The notes under the pieces are model-generated. The model had not been told where the DNA came from, ran no database searches, and worked only from the letters and a program-made list of their open reading frames with translations. Of a stretch of DNA of 64,000 nucleotides, positions 20,019 through 29,114 are shown piece after piece (position 1 is the stretch's first letter; the number at the start of each line of letters is the position of its first letter). Both the position numbers and the translations under genes were made by a program. Source of the DNA: Rhodothermales bacterium (lineage in GTDB: Bacteria > Bacteroidota > Rhodothermia > Rhodothermales > UBA10348). The stretch covers positions 48,890-112,889 of the forward strand of contig JAVJVN010000012.1 in assembly GCA_040221055.1 (NCBI GenBank), given 5' to 3'.

Positions 20019-22927
20019 CAGAATCGGAAAGCCACCCCGAGCATGATATGGCGCTGAGGCAGGAATCGGGCCGGATTCAAGGGCGGAAGTCCGGCCGAAT
20101 CCGGGTCATCATACCGGAGGTCACGGGTGCCGGAGGAGACGTCGTATTCGGGATTGCCCCGAAGCGATGCCATGTTGACGGCGTTGGGGTCGATGTCCGG
20201 ATAGGCTTTTCCGGTCACCGGATTCACGATGATGCTGTTCTGCTGGTTGAACAGGTTCGTGACAGCAAGGGAGAAGACCACATTGGTACCGGCCATGGGC
20301 ACCGTTTTCTGCACGTTCAGGTCGAACCACCACCAGGCTGCTCCGATTTCGGAGTAGCGCTTGGCAGGATCCTGGACGGTTTCATAGATGGGGCGCCAGT
20401 CACGCTCACCCGTGAACGGATTTACGTCGTTGCCCTTGAACTCGACCGGGGTGTAGCGCTGGCCGCTCCGATAGGTCGTGGACACATACGTGCGGAGGTT
20501 TCGCGTCCCCGGAATACCGAACAGTCGCTCATCGGCGCCGCGCGTAAGCGTCACAGAGGCCTTCACGTCCAACGGGCGATCCCAGGCCAGCGGCGTTTCG
20601 AAGGTATTGTCGATGTTGCCGTTCTGCAGGAATTGGCTGAGCGCCTCGTTGTTGGTGGAACTCAGGCCGGTTGCACGGGACCAGGATGCGGACAGTTGTC
20701 CCAGGAACCAGGTGCCAATGCGCTTCTGGTAGCTTGCTTCGAGTCCCCGGACGCGGGCGAAGTCGGCATTGATCCGGAATGCCCGACTCACGGGTTGACC
20801 GGTCGGCCCCGGGATTTCGAGGTTCTGGACGGTGATGAAGTCGTATTTGTCCCTCCAGAATCCCGTGAGCGTCAGGACATCGTTGCTGGAAAACTGGGTC
20901 CGCAGTCCGAGTTCATAACTGATGTCGACTTCCGGGTCCAGGTTCGGGTTGCCCAGGTCGGCGAAGAAGGACCGGTCCTGGAAGAACGGATCGAGTCCAG
21001 TGTAGACGAACGTGGGGTGGGGCAGGATGGTGGAATGGCCGTAGTTGAAGAACAATACCCGGTTTTCCTGGATCGGGAACGACACACGGAGCTTAGGCAG
21101 CATCCGGAACTTGGTCCGGAGACCGAACACGTTCACGGTGGCGTCCTTGTAATCCTGTCGGACCGACTCCAGGATGGGCGCCTGGGGATCATCCACCAGG
21201 CGGTCCACATAATCGCCCGGTGACCAGTACTCGAGACGGGTGCCGACGTTGGCAATCAAACCGCGGAACCGCACCTGATGGGTCACCCACAGGCCACCGC
21301 GCCTTGGCTTGACGCGCCAGATGTCCGACGACGTACCGAGTTCATTGGTGCTCTGCGCGTCTTCGCCCGATCCGATGGGGGCACCGTACCAGGGACGGAT
21401 GATGTCAATCCACTGGTAATCGTTCAGCTTCAGTTCGAAACCGAGGTTCGTCTGGTGATTCTTCGATTCGGAGAACCGGGTGTAGGTTATCCGGGTCGTC
21501 CACTCCTCGGCGAAGTGGTCATGGAAGCGCGTGGCAATGCCGCCGTTGTTGAACAGCCCCGGTCCCGGCAGCACGAACAGGACATTGGGATCCACCGGCT
21601 GGCCGTTGTTGTCCAGGAACAGGTCGACCGGATAGGTGATGACCGATGCCGGGTCCAACTGGGAATCCACGACCGAAGGTCGCCACTCACGACCGTTCGC
21701 ATCGGCCCGGAGCCGGGTGAACAGACGCGACACCTGGATGTCATAGAACGAGCTCTCGTTCAGCACGTGCGACCATTTGACGTACGAAATGACGTTGTCA
21801 TGGGCGTAGGTATTGCCGTTGTCCGGTTGCAACGAGAACGCATACTGGAAGCCGGGCGAGACGACCGATTCATTCCCCGTCACCTGCAGCATCCGCGTAT
21901 TCTGGTTCACCGTCAGGCTGCGCTGCAGGGAGGCCTGGACGCGCATGCCAGGATTGACGAGCCAGGTCAACTTCGAGATGCCATTCCACCGGTTGCCCGT
22001 CCGGGGCATGAAGAAATCCGTGTCGACCAGCGAACTGCGGACCTGCTCCGGATTGGAAATCAGACGGGTGAAGCCGTCCGACAACTGGACCTGGCCGGAC
22101 AGGAAGAACCGGAGCGTGCCCTTCTTTATGGGCCCGCTCAGGTTGAATTCGTAGATCTCTTCCTTGAAATTGGATTCGGCGTCCTTGTTGAACCCGAGAT
22201 GGTCCCGCTTGTGGGTGAAGAAGCCCCGGAATTCGTCGGTACCATCCTGCGTCTGGACGCTGACGACCCCCGAGGTGACGTCTCCGTATTCGGCACCCAC
22301 GCCACCGGTCGTGACCTCAACCTCCTCGAAGGCATTCGATCCGAGATCCAGTCCGAATCCGGTTCCGGCCAGCGGGTCCTTCGCGGAAACGCCGTCCACG
22401 ATGAATCCCGTTTCATTGGCACGCCCGCCGCGAATGTACAAGCCCGTCGGGTCGCGGGTCACGCCCACCTGGGAGGCCACGGCAGCCTGGACGTCCCGGA
22501 GGGGAGCCGCATTCATTTCCTCGCGCGTAATCCGTGAGGTGGAAGCCGACTCCTCCACATCAACGAGGGGGCGGTCGCCCACGATGACGACCTCGTCCTC
22601 GGTGGACAGGACGGCTTCGCCGAGTTCCACATCCAGCGTCGTGGTTTCTCCATCCCGGATGACAATACCGGTGAAGAGCTTGGTTTCGAATCCGATGTAG
22701 GACACCCGGACCGTATACTCTCCGGCCCGCACGCCGGGCACGGAATACCGACCGTCGGTATCCGTGGCCGCGCCGCTCGACGTTCCGACGATGATGACGT
22801 TGACGCCGATCAAGGGGTCCCCGAAATCAGCATCGATGATGCGTCCTGCCAGGGTACCCTGTGCCCATACGGCAGGCACCATGCCCGCCAGCAAAAGCAG
22901 GGAGAGGATGTGCTTCAATCTCTTCAT
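20018..22927 (-). CDS. TonB-dependent receptor with an N-terminal carboxypeptidase-regulatory-like domain
   Basis: It has a signal peptide, a CarboxypepD_reg-like module (GRIIDADFGDPLIGVNVIIVGTSSGAATDTDGRYSV), a plug, and a long barrel ending in GVAFRF. The stop overlaps the next gene's start by 1 nt (TGATG). Confidence 0.9.
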   Translation of the reverse strand: MKRLKHILSLLLLAGMVPAVWAQGTLAGRIIDADFGDPLIGVNVIIVGTSSGAATDTDGRYSVPGVRAGEYTVRVSYIGFETKLFTGIVIRDGETTTLDVELGEAVLSTEDEVVIVGDRPLVDVEESASTSRITREEMNAAPLRDVQAAVASQVGVTRDPTGLYIRGGRANETGFIVDGVSAKDPLAGTGFGLDLGSNAFEEVEVTTGGVGAEYGDVTSGVVSVQTQDGTDEFRGFFTHKRDHLGFNKDAESNFKEEIYEFNLSGPIKKGTLRFFLSGQVQLSDGFTRLISNPEQVRSSLVDTDFFMPRTGNRWNGISKLTWLVNPGMRVQASLQRSLTVNQNTRMLQVTGNESVVSPGFQYAFSLQPDNGNTYAHDNVISYVKWSHVLNESSFYDIQVSRLFTRLRADANGREWRPSVVDSQLDPASVITYPVDLFLDNNGQPVDPNVLFVLPGPGLFNNGGIATRFHDHFAEEWTTRITYTRFSESKNHQTNLGFELKLNDYQWIDIIRPWYGAPIGSGEDAQSTNELGTSSDIWRVKPRRGGLWVTHQVRFRGLIANVGTRLEYWSPGDYVDRLVDDPQAPILESVRQDYKDATVNVFGLRTKFRMLPKLRVSFPIQENRVLFFNYGHSTILPHPTFVYTGLDPFFQDRSFFADLGNPNLDPEVDISYELGLRTQFSSNDVLTLTGFWRDKYDFITVQNLEIPGPTGQPVSRAFRINADFARVRGLEASYQKRIGTWFLGQLSASWSRATGLSSTNNEALSQFLQNGNIDNTFETPLAWDRPLDVKASVTLTRGADERLFGIPGTRNLRTYVSTTYRSGQRYTPVEFKGNDVNPFTGERDWRPIYETVQDPAKRYSEIGAAWWWFDLNVQKTVPMAGTNVVFSLAVTNLFNQQNSIIVNPVTGKAYPDIDPNAVNMASLRGNPEYDVSSGTRDLRYDDPDSAGLPPLNPARFLPQRHIMLGVAFRF

Positions 22928-24537
22928 CGCTTCGGGAATTGCAAGGCATCCAGCAGGGCCCGGACGACGAGTACACCGGCCGGATCGGCCGAGCCCGGCG
23001 CCACGAAGTTCTCCTGGTTGTTCAATTCATTCACCAACGGCAGGGAGAACAGGGCAATGCGCCGGTCCGAACTGATGGACGCCACGGACGTCGGGTTCGT
23101 CCAGGTTCCCGACGCGCCCGTGGACGAACGGTACGTGAACGCGCCCTGGTACAACGCGTCGATATTGGCGCCCGTCGTGATGTAAGGGCGGATATTGATG
23201 AAGAACCGGGTGGACTCCAGCGGAGGCAGTCCCAGGATTTGGCCGACCGACGTGGGCGACACGGCTGCGCCATTGGCCAACTCCAGTCGTCGGACCGAAT
23301 CGGGAACGACCAGCGGTTCATTCAACGGGAGCAGCAGGATGGCTGCGTTGTCCGTGAATTCCGTATCGCCTGCCGGAACAGATATGGGGCTGTGCACGAG
23401 CATCTTGCCGCCGGCATCGAAGAAATCACTCAGGACGGGGGCCACGAACGGCAGATTGTCCGTGCCGATGTTTCCCGTCGTGCTGGTGGACACCCAGTAG
23501 ATGTACTTGAACAACGACAGCGTCATGCGCAGGGCTGGCTCCGCAACGGGGGGCAGGGCAAAGGCGCGCGGAACGGTTCCAGACGAACCGGTGGTGAACG
23601 GTTCACTGATGTCCCAGACATCCACACCATATCCACCGGGCATGTACGCTTCCAGGATGTCGATATGGTAGTCCCGGACCAGCTCATTACTGGCCAATCG
23701 GAAATCGTTCACGTACAGGACGTCCGAGGTATTGCGACGCACGCGCCACGTATGGCGCTCGATCGTGCTCGTGGTATCGGCCTGGTCGGTGGTCCGGATA
23801 TAGAAGGTGTTTTCGCCGTCCATCAACAGGCCGGGTACGGACAGGCCGGAGGGTTGGACGCCGCGCCCGAAGAAGACCGCCGCGTTCACTTCGGAGGCTC
23901 CGGAACGGATGGCGTCCTGGTCTCCGAACAGGGTGACGTAGTCGATCTCGGGGGGAATACTGACGAACGATGTACTGTCGTTCAGGCTGATGCCGACGGA
24001 TTTCAGATTCTGGATACCGTCAGGATCGTTGGCCCGGAAGGCGAACGATACGACCGGAAACGTTTCTTCCGGAGGCAGTTCGAATTGGCTGAACCGAATG
24101 GACGGCGGAGAATTCCGGATGGGAAAGATGCTGCGCGCCGGGGTCGGGTCCCGGAGGTCCGCGTCGTCCACGGCGCGGACTTCGACCACCACGTTGGCAA
24201 TGGATTCGCCCGATGGCAGGGGCAGCAGCAGCAGGGAGTCGTTGGAGGTGGTGAAAATCCAACCATCGTCACCCGACGGGGGTTCGGTTTCAGGATAAAG
24301 CCGGATGTCAAATCCGGCCACGATACCATCGGGGTCGTCGCCCGTCCAGGACAGTCGGATGGTGCTCAACAGCCGGTTATCCTCGTCCAGATTGTCCAAC
24401 AGCGATTCGTCGCGGACACTGAGCGAGGTTTCCGGAGGCTGGTTCCCGAGGGGTTCGCCGGAGAAGCCGCTGTCGCAGCCTGCAGCCAGCAGAATCAACA
24501 GGATTCCGGGAAGGAGGGTATGACGGATGGATCGCAT
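22924..24537 (-). CDS. hypothetical lipoprotein partnered with the TonB-dependent receptor (not SusD-like by eye)
   Basis: It has the lipobox LLAAGC and two Ig/FN3-like modules with DPDG motifs (SWTGDDPDGIVAGFDIR, FRANDPDGIQNL), followed by an alpha/beta-looking C-half. It overlaps the TBDR start by 4 nt. Confidence 0.7.
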   Translation of the reverse strand: MRSIRHTLLPGILLILLAAGCDSGFSGEPLGNQPPETSLSVRDESLLDNLDEDNRLLSTIRLSWTGDDPDGIVAGFDIRLYPETEPPSGDDGWIFTTSNDSLLLLPLPSGESIANVVVEVRAVDDADLRDPTPARSIFPIRNSPPSIRFSQFELPPEETFPVVSFAFRANDPDGIQNLKSVGISLNDSTSFVSIPPEIDYVTLFGDQDAIRSGASEVNAAVFFGRGVQPSGLSVPGLLMDGENTFYIRTTDQADTTSTIERHTWRVRRNTSDVLYVNDFRLASNELVRDYHIDILEAYMPGGYGVDVWDISEPFTTGSSGTVPRAFALPPVAEPALRMTLSLFKYIYWVSTSTTGNIGTDNLPFVAPVLSDFFDAGGKMLVHSPISVPAGDTEFTDNAAILLLPLNEPLVVPDSVRRLELANGAAVSPTSVGQILGLPPLESTRFFINIRPYITTGANIDALYQGAFTYRSSTGASGTWTNPTSVASISSDRRIALFSLPLVNELNNQENFVAPGSADPAGVLVVRALLDALQFPKR

Positions 24538-24559
24538 GATGCGGGATAAGGATGGATGT

Positions 24560-24587
24560 GGGGGCGGGCGCGCGAGCGCCCGCCCCC
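24560..24587 (-). other. very stable intercistronic GC stem-loop
   Basis: A perfect 12-bp stem GGGGGCGGGCGC / GCGCCCGCCCCC with a 4-nt loop lies 17 nt after the cargo gene stop and 22 nt before the lipoprotein start. There is no U-tract. Confidence 0.5.
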
Positions 24588-24604
24588 ATCATGCCATCAC
24601 GGGG

Positions 24605-26272
24605 TTACTTCAGCAGCGTCATGGTCCGGGTGACCACCTTGTCTGCCGTCTGGAGACGGTAGAGGTAGAGACCACTGGACAGACGTGCGGCGTTGAACTG
24701 CACGGCGTACGTACCGGCCGGCTGTTCGCTGCTCACCAGGGTTTCGACGTGACGTCCCAGCGCATCGTACACGCTCAGCGTGACCTGGCCGGTCGTAGCC
24801 ACATCGTACTGGATGGACGTCGTCGGGTTGAACGGATTCGGGAAGTTCTGGTGCAGGCTGGTGGTCTGCGGCAGGACATCCGATTCCGTGGCCACGTTGG
24901 TCACGGGGCCGATGGCGTCGAAGGACTCGGGCTCGAGCTTGAAGTTCGAGAAGGAGTACCAGAGGACGCCTTCGACGAATGCCAGTACCTGGCCTTCTGC
25001 GAAAACCGTACCCGGATCGTTGCCTTCGTAGGACATGAAGTCCGACTGGTCATCCACACGGAGAGAGCCTTCGCCGTTCGAAATCAGGAACTCACCGAAT
25101 GGACCGCTGGGGGCGTCGGCGTTGGTCGCAACGACCGTGGCGTTCTCCACGCGCAGCAGCATGCCTTCCAGCGACTCCGCGATGTCCGCGTCGGCCAGGA
25201 GTTCGGTGGTGACCACGATGGCGTTGTAGGGCGCGCCACCCTGGCTCACGATTTCGAACTGGTAGTCGCGGATCATGGTGAGACCGAAGTTCTCGACGAT
25301 CCGACCACTGGTAATCCGGATGACATCACCCTTGGCCACACCGGCAGCCGTAAGCGGGTTGCTGCTTGCGCGCAGGGCAATACCGGACCAGGGGCTCGTG
25401 CCGTCCTGGACCGTCATGACATCGGAGGAGCCGTTGGCGCTTGCCGGATCGGTCATGACCGTGACTTCAAGGTCCATGGTGGTGGTCACGTCACGGAACG
25501 GGGAGTCACCGCTGCCGGGGGCCGGTTCCTGGATGTCCCGGACCGCAGTGATGCCACCGAACAGCACGCGCACGAACCGCTCGGCCGACGTGGATTCGCT
25601 GCCTTGGCTGTCCGTTGCAGAAATCGTGAATGTTACGAAGTCCCGGTTCGGCTGGGCCGGGATCTGGAAGGACCAGGTGTCGCCGGTGGTCTTGGTGCCC
25701 GTGACCGTGCCGCCCGTGGGGTTGCTCGTCGACGTCCAGGTCAGCGATGCGCCCGTGAGGGTACGGCTCTGATCGGCCGTGATGGAGGCGGTAATGGTGA
25801 TCGGGCTGTTACCCGGGATGCTGGTCGGCGGCGTGATGTCCGTGATGTTCGGCGGGGACTGGGTCACGACCAGGTCCGTGGACTCCCAGGGTACAATGCG
25901 CATCATGCCAATCGACGGTGCGCCGATCTCATGCGGATCGAACGAGCTGCGGGACAGGAGGGCGAATCCCTGGAGGTTCACCGTTGCACCGACGGGAGGC
26001 GCTGTGAAGTCGTTCGTGGCGCGGAACGGGCTCGGGTAATCCGTGCGGTCGTTCCTGAAGGCCAGCGAGATGTCATCGTTGTCGATGACGGCACCCGTAG
26101 CGACGTCACGCAGGGCCCAGTTCGGACGCGAGGCGGTCCTGTTGGGGGACGAGAAGACCTGAAGGCCTTCAATCCGCACGTACTGCTGGTTGAGCGCCAC
26201 GAAGTTGTCCCAGTTGACACGGGCCGTGTTGTTGCCTGGCGCCACGTTCAGCTCGTCCAGTGTAATGGTCAC
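24605..26272 (-). CDS. T9SS-sorted multi-module protein, C-terminal fragment (no signal peptide)
   Basis: The frame is open up to the TAG at 26324-26326, and the first possible start is GTG 26272. It contains three repeated ~110-130 aa beta-rich modules. It ends in a type-A sorting domain (FPNPFNPTTSIQYDV...VYDALGRHV...LSSGLYLYRLQ...TMTLLK). Confidence 0.7.
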   Translation of the reverse strand: MTITLDELNVAPGNNTARVNWDNFVALNQQYVRIEGLQVFSSPNRTASRPNWALRDVATGAVIDNDDISLAFRNDRTDYPSPFRATNDFTAPPVGATVNLQGFALLSRSSFDPHEIGAPSIGMMRIVPWESTDLVVTQSPPNITDITPPTSIPGNSPITITASITADQSRTLTGASLTWTSTSNPTGGTVTGTKTTGDTWSFQIPAQPNRDFVTFTISATDSQGSESTSAERFVRVLFGGITAVRDIQEPAPGSGDSPFRDVTTTMDLEVTVMTDPASANGSSDVMTVQDGTSPWSGIALRASSNPLTAAGVAKGDVIRITSGRIVENFGLTMIRDYQFEIVSQGGAPYNAIVVTTELLADADIAESLEGMLLRVENATVVATNADAPSGPFGEFLISNGEGSLRVDDQSDFMSYEGNDPGTVFAEGQVLAFVEGVLWYSFSNFKLEPESFDAIGPVTNVATESDVLPQTTSLHQNFPNPFNPTTSIQYDVATTGQVTLSVYDALGRHVETLVSSEQPAGTYAVQFNAARLSSGLYLYRLQTADKVVTRTMTLLK

Positions 26273-26323
26273 CGGATCGAGGATGCTGGCATCCAGACCA
26301 CGGTCGGTGTAGGTGCCCAGGAA

Positions 26324-26794
26324 CTACACGGCTGACGGGGAAAACTGCATGCCGGACCCGAAGTAGGCGACGGTGCCCGTGAACCGGACGACATCACCCA
26401 CGAACAGGTCAATGGAGCCGGTCGTACGGAAGTTGCCATCCACGACCTGGATGACCTGGCCATCAAAGCCAGCGGTGGCAGCAGCTTCGTCACGAACCCA
26501 GAAATGGATTCGGGAGGGCTCGTTGGTCGACGAGTTGACGCTGGACAGACCCGAGAGGAGCGGATCGGACAGCACAACGGCGGTGAACTGGACCGATTCT
26601 CCCGTGAACGGTGAACGGATGTGCGTCGTCAGGTCGGAGGTCGTCACGTTTTCGCCGAGGGCGGCGACCGCATCGATTCCGGACTGGGGAATGGCGTTGA
26701 TCTCTGCGACGGTCGTGACCGTCTGTGCGTGTGAGGTCTGGATCGTCAGGGCTGCCGTCAGCAGCAGGATCCAGGCAGTAACCAGTTTTTTCAT
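26324..26794 (-). CDS. N-terminal fragment of the same T9SS cargo (signal peptide plus first module)
   Basis: It begins MKKLVTAWILLLTAALTIQTSHAQ (a signal peptide) and ends at an in-frame TAG. It is in the same reading frame as 24605..26272. Confidence 0.7.
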   Translation of the reverse strand: MKKLVTAWILLLTAALTIQTSHAQTVTTVAEINAIPQSGIDAVAALGENVTTSDLTTHIRSPFTGESVQFTAVVLSDPLLSGLSSVNSSTNEPSRIHFWVRDEAAATAGFDGQVIQVVDGNFRTTGSIDLFVGDVVRFTGTVAYFGSGMQFSPSAV

Positions 26795-26818
26795 GGGTTC
26801 GATGTCAGGTGGTGGTGG

Positions 26819-28987
26819 TTATTTGATGATGACGAATTTCCCGCGCTGCGTGCTTCCGTCGTCCAGGTCCTCGACGGTGAACAGGTACAGGCCTCCTGCG
26901 AGGCCCAGCCCGTTCTCCGACAACAGGTCCCAGGAATGCTCCCCCCCGGGCTGGAGGCCATTTTCGGCACCGAATTCCGTATACCATCCGGTATCCCCGG
27001 TGTACGTGTCAGCGTCGTGATACAGGGTCTTGACCGGTTCGCCGGCCAGCGTATAGATCCTGATTTCCGACTTCGGTGGCAAGTTGTAGAAGTTCAGTTT
27101 CCGGCTTCGGTTGGACGTTCCGTCCCAGGCCGCGTTCACACGATACGGATTGGGATACACGCCGACTTCCCGGCTTCCGTCCGTATTGGCCGGCGTCCCG
27201 GGAAATACCCGGACACTGTTTGCGACGCGGGACGATTCGAACGGCTCCAATCCGGCATCGGGGTCTCCCGAGTCGAAGGCCGTGACGGCAAACAGGTATT
27301 GCCAGCCGTTCTTCAGGTTGGGCGCTTCGAAGCGGTACCAGTACTCGGTTTCGTCCCCTTCGAACAACGCCGGTTCCTGGAGCGCGATCTGGCCGAATCC
27401 GTTGTTGAATCCGATGGTGTTCCCGGGCGTGTCGTACTGGGCCACGAGACCGGCAGCGCCGGCCAGGTTGCCGCCGCGATCATCGCCCGGATCGGAACGG
27501 TAAATCCGGTATCCCTCGAAATCCTCGATGCCGGTCACGGGGTCCCTGGATTCTTCGGCCGTCCGATCCCAGTACAGGGCAACGACGGGTTCATCGGTGA
27601 TCGCGTTGCGTTCGAATTCCACGCGGACACGTGGGGAGGCGGGCGGCTCGGGAATCAAATAGCGGTCCAGTACCCCGTTCCCGTTCACGTCTTCACCGGG
27701 GTCCAGGCGACCATTGAAGTTGTTGTCCTCGCCGGAATATGTACGTCGGGCCCAGCCCAGATTGGTAGCCAACAACGTCCGCGATTCGGGTGTATCGATG
27801 GCTTTTCCGGCTTGTCCCTGGAATTCCTCAGGCTTCAGGGCCGCCACCAGGGCGAACGTGACCTGGAGCGTATCGCCCGCATTGACCCGTGGGAACGGCC
27901 CAAGGGGGGTCAGGCCAATCCAGTTTCCGGTCGAAATCTGACCGTCCGTCCGGAGCCGCGTATACCAGGCTTCAAGTGCCGCTTCATAGGCGTCCTGAGT
28001 AGGATATCCGGCCGGGTCGGGATACGGGGTCGCCATTCTGCGATACCGGTCGGCGTCGGTGTTCGGACGGTTCAGTTCGTCACTTCCACCGGAGAACAGC
28101 CACCAGCGGGGGTTAACGGTCGGGGCTGTATAGCCATCGGCCACATACTCGTCAGCCACGGCCGGATGGAAAAATCGTTTTTCGCCCCGGGCCGGATCGA
28201 ACCATTCGGCACCCAGCACCTGGACGGCGCCATAGGTATTGAGCGTCTCTTCCAGGCCACCGGCGTTGAAGGCGTACATGGCCTGGAGGGAGTCCACGTA
28301 TCCCAGGCCGCCCTTGTTGAAGAAGGCCCCGCCCGTATCGTTCGTGGTGTTCACATTCCGCACCACCAGGTCATGGAACAGCCCGACGTAGACCGAATCC
28401 CAGGGCTCGGACGAGATGTTCACGATGTCCAGGTTCACGATGGCAAAGGCTTCCGTGAAGGGGAAGCTCCAGGCGTGGGTGGTCACGTGCACCATGGCAC
28501 CCAGGCGTCCGGACTGGTCCGGCATCTGGATGTTCGTGTTGGGCAGCGTTCGGGAGGTGTCCTCGAAGGCGGTGAGGAAATCCTGATGGGAAACGGCCGA
28601 CCGCGAATACTCTGCCGATGTGGTCAGGGACGAGCGGCGCGTGAAGCCACTGAACGACGCAAATTCGTATCCGGGCGCGCCCGGGGCATAGCCGCCTCCG
28701 GACGTGACGGCTGCCGTCCGGACCGTTTCGGTACCGTCGGAACGGGTGGCCCCGATCCATACACCGGCCTCGAACAAGTGCTCCACCCCTTCATTGAGCG
28801 GATATTCGAACGAGGGCGGGCCGCTCGGATTGTTCCGGATGCTGGATCGGCCGAAGAGTCCCGCGTTCGTGATGGTTATCCCAACGTTTCCGACGTCGAT
28901 GACCGCTTCCTCGAAGGATGCTTGTCCATGGGCTGCAACGGGTAATCCGAGGAGGACCGCCAGCAGACAAAGAAAGCGTGGACGCAT
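26819..28987 (-). CDS. secreted large protein with an FN3-like and Ca-binding-like insert and a C-terminal T9SS/FlgD-Ig-like sorting domain
   Basis: The start at ATG 28987 (MRPRFLCLLAVLLGLPVAAHGQ) gives a signal peptide. It contains a DxDxNGxxD-like stretch (GEDVNGNGVLD) and an FN3-like segment (PRVRVEFERN...YRIYRS). The C-terminus (VYPNPYRV...IRIYTLAGEPV...GLYLFTVE...GKFVIIK) resembles a sorting tail with an insertion. Confidence 0.7.
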   Translation of the reverse strand: MRPRFLCLLAVLLGLPVAAHGQASFEEAVIDVGNVGITITNAGLFGRSSIRNNPSGPPSFEYPLNEGVEHLFEAGVWIGATRSDGTETVRTAAVTSGGGYAPGAPGYEFASFSGFTRRSSLTTSAEYSRSAVSHQDFLTAFEDTSRTLPNTNIQMPDQSGRLGAMVHVTTHAWSFPFTEAFAIVNLDIVNISSEPWDSVYVGLFHDLVVRNVNTTNDTGGAFFNKGGLGYVDSLQAMYAFNAGGLEETLNTYGAVQVLGAEWFDPARGEKRFFHPAVADEYVADGYTAPTVNPRWWLFSGGSDELNRPNTDADRYRRMATPYPDPAGYPTQDAYEAALEAWYTRLRTDGQISTGNWIGLTPLGPFPRVNAGDTLQVTFALVAALKPEEFQGQAGKAIDTPESRTLLATNLGWARRTYSGEDNNFNGRLDPGEDVNGNGVLDRYLIPEPPASPRVRVEFERNAITDEPVVALYWDRTAEESRDPVTGIEDFEGYRIYRSDPGDDRGGNLAGAAGLVAQYDTPGNTIGFNNGFGQIALQEPALFEGDETEYWYRFEAPNLKNGWQYLFAVTAFDSGDPDAGLEPFESSRVANSVRVFPGTPANTDGSREVGVYPNPYRVNAAWDGTSNRSRKLNFYNLPPKSEIRIYTLAGEPVKTLYHDADTYTGDTGWYTEFGAENGLQPGGEHSWDLLSENGLGLAGGLYLFTVEDLDDGSTQRGKFVIIK

Positions 28988-29114
28988 GGGAAAAATTCGG
29001 GTCAAAATGGGTCGCCAGCGTACGGCCGGACCGTACACAGGTCCCGGGCAGCGCGAACAGAGAACATAGCGGATTTCCGCCGGTTCGTAAAGGGTATTTT
29101 ATACACATTACACG

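Larger units (their letters stand above)
24605..26794 (-). pseudogene. alternative reading: a single 729-codon T9SS cargo gene interrupted by one amber codon
   Basis: Both fragments share a frame (26794 and 26272 are congruent mod 3). The 17 codons between them (FLGTYTDRGLDASILDP) contain no stop. The signal peptide is only on the first piece and the sorting domain only on the second. Confidence 0.45.

Noticed and set aside
26324-26326. The TAG as a pyrrolysine or other recoded sense codon
   Set aside because: No pyl genes or recoding signals are visible, and TAG is used as an ordinary stop elsewhere in the window (for example at 55644-55646). A nonsense mutation or a sequencing error is far more likely.
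22861-28945. Three long plus-strand ORFs (22861..24549, 24527..26335, 26936..28945)
   Set aside because: All three are antisense to minus-strand genes that carry signal peptides, lipoboxes and T9SS sorting domains. Their translations are low-complexity and Arg/Gly-rich.
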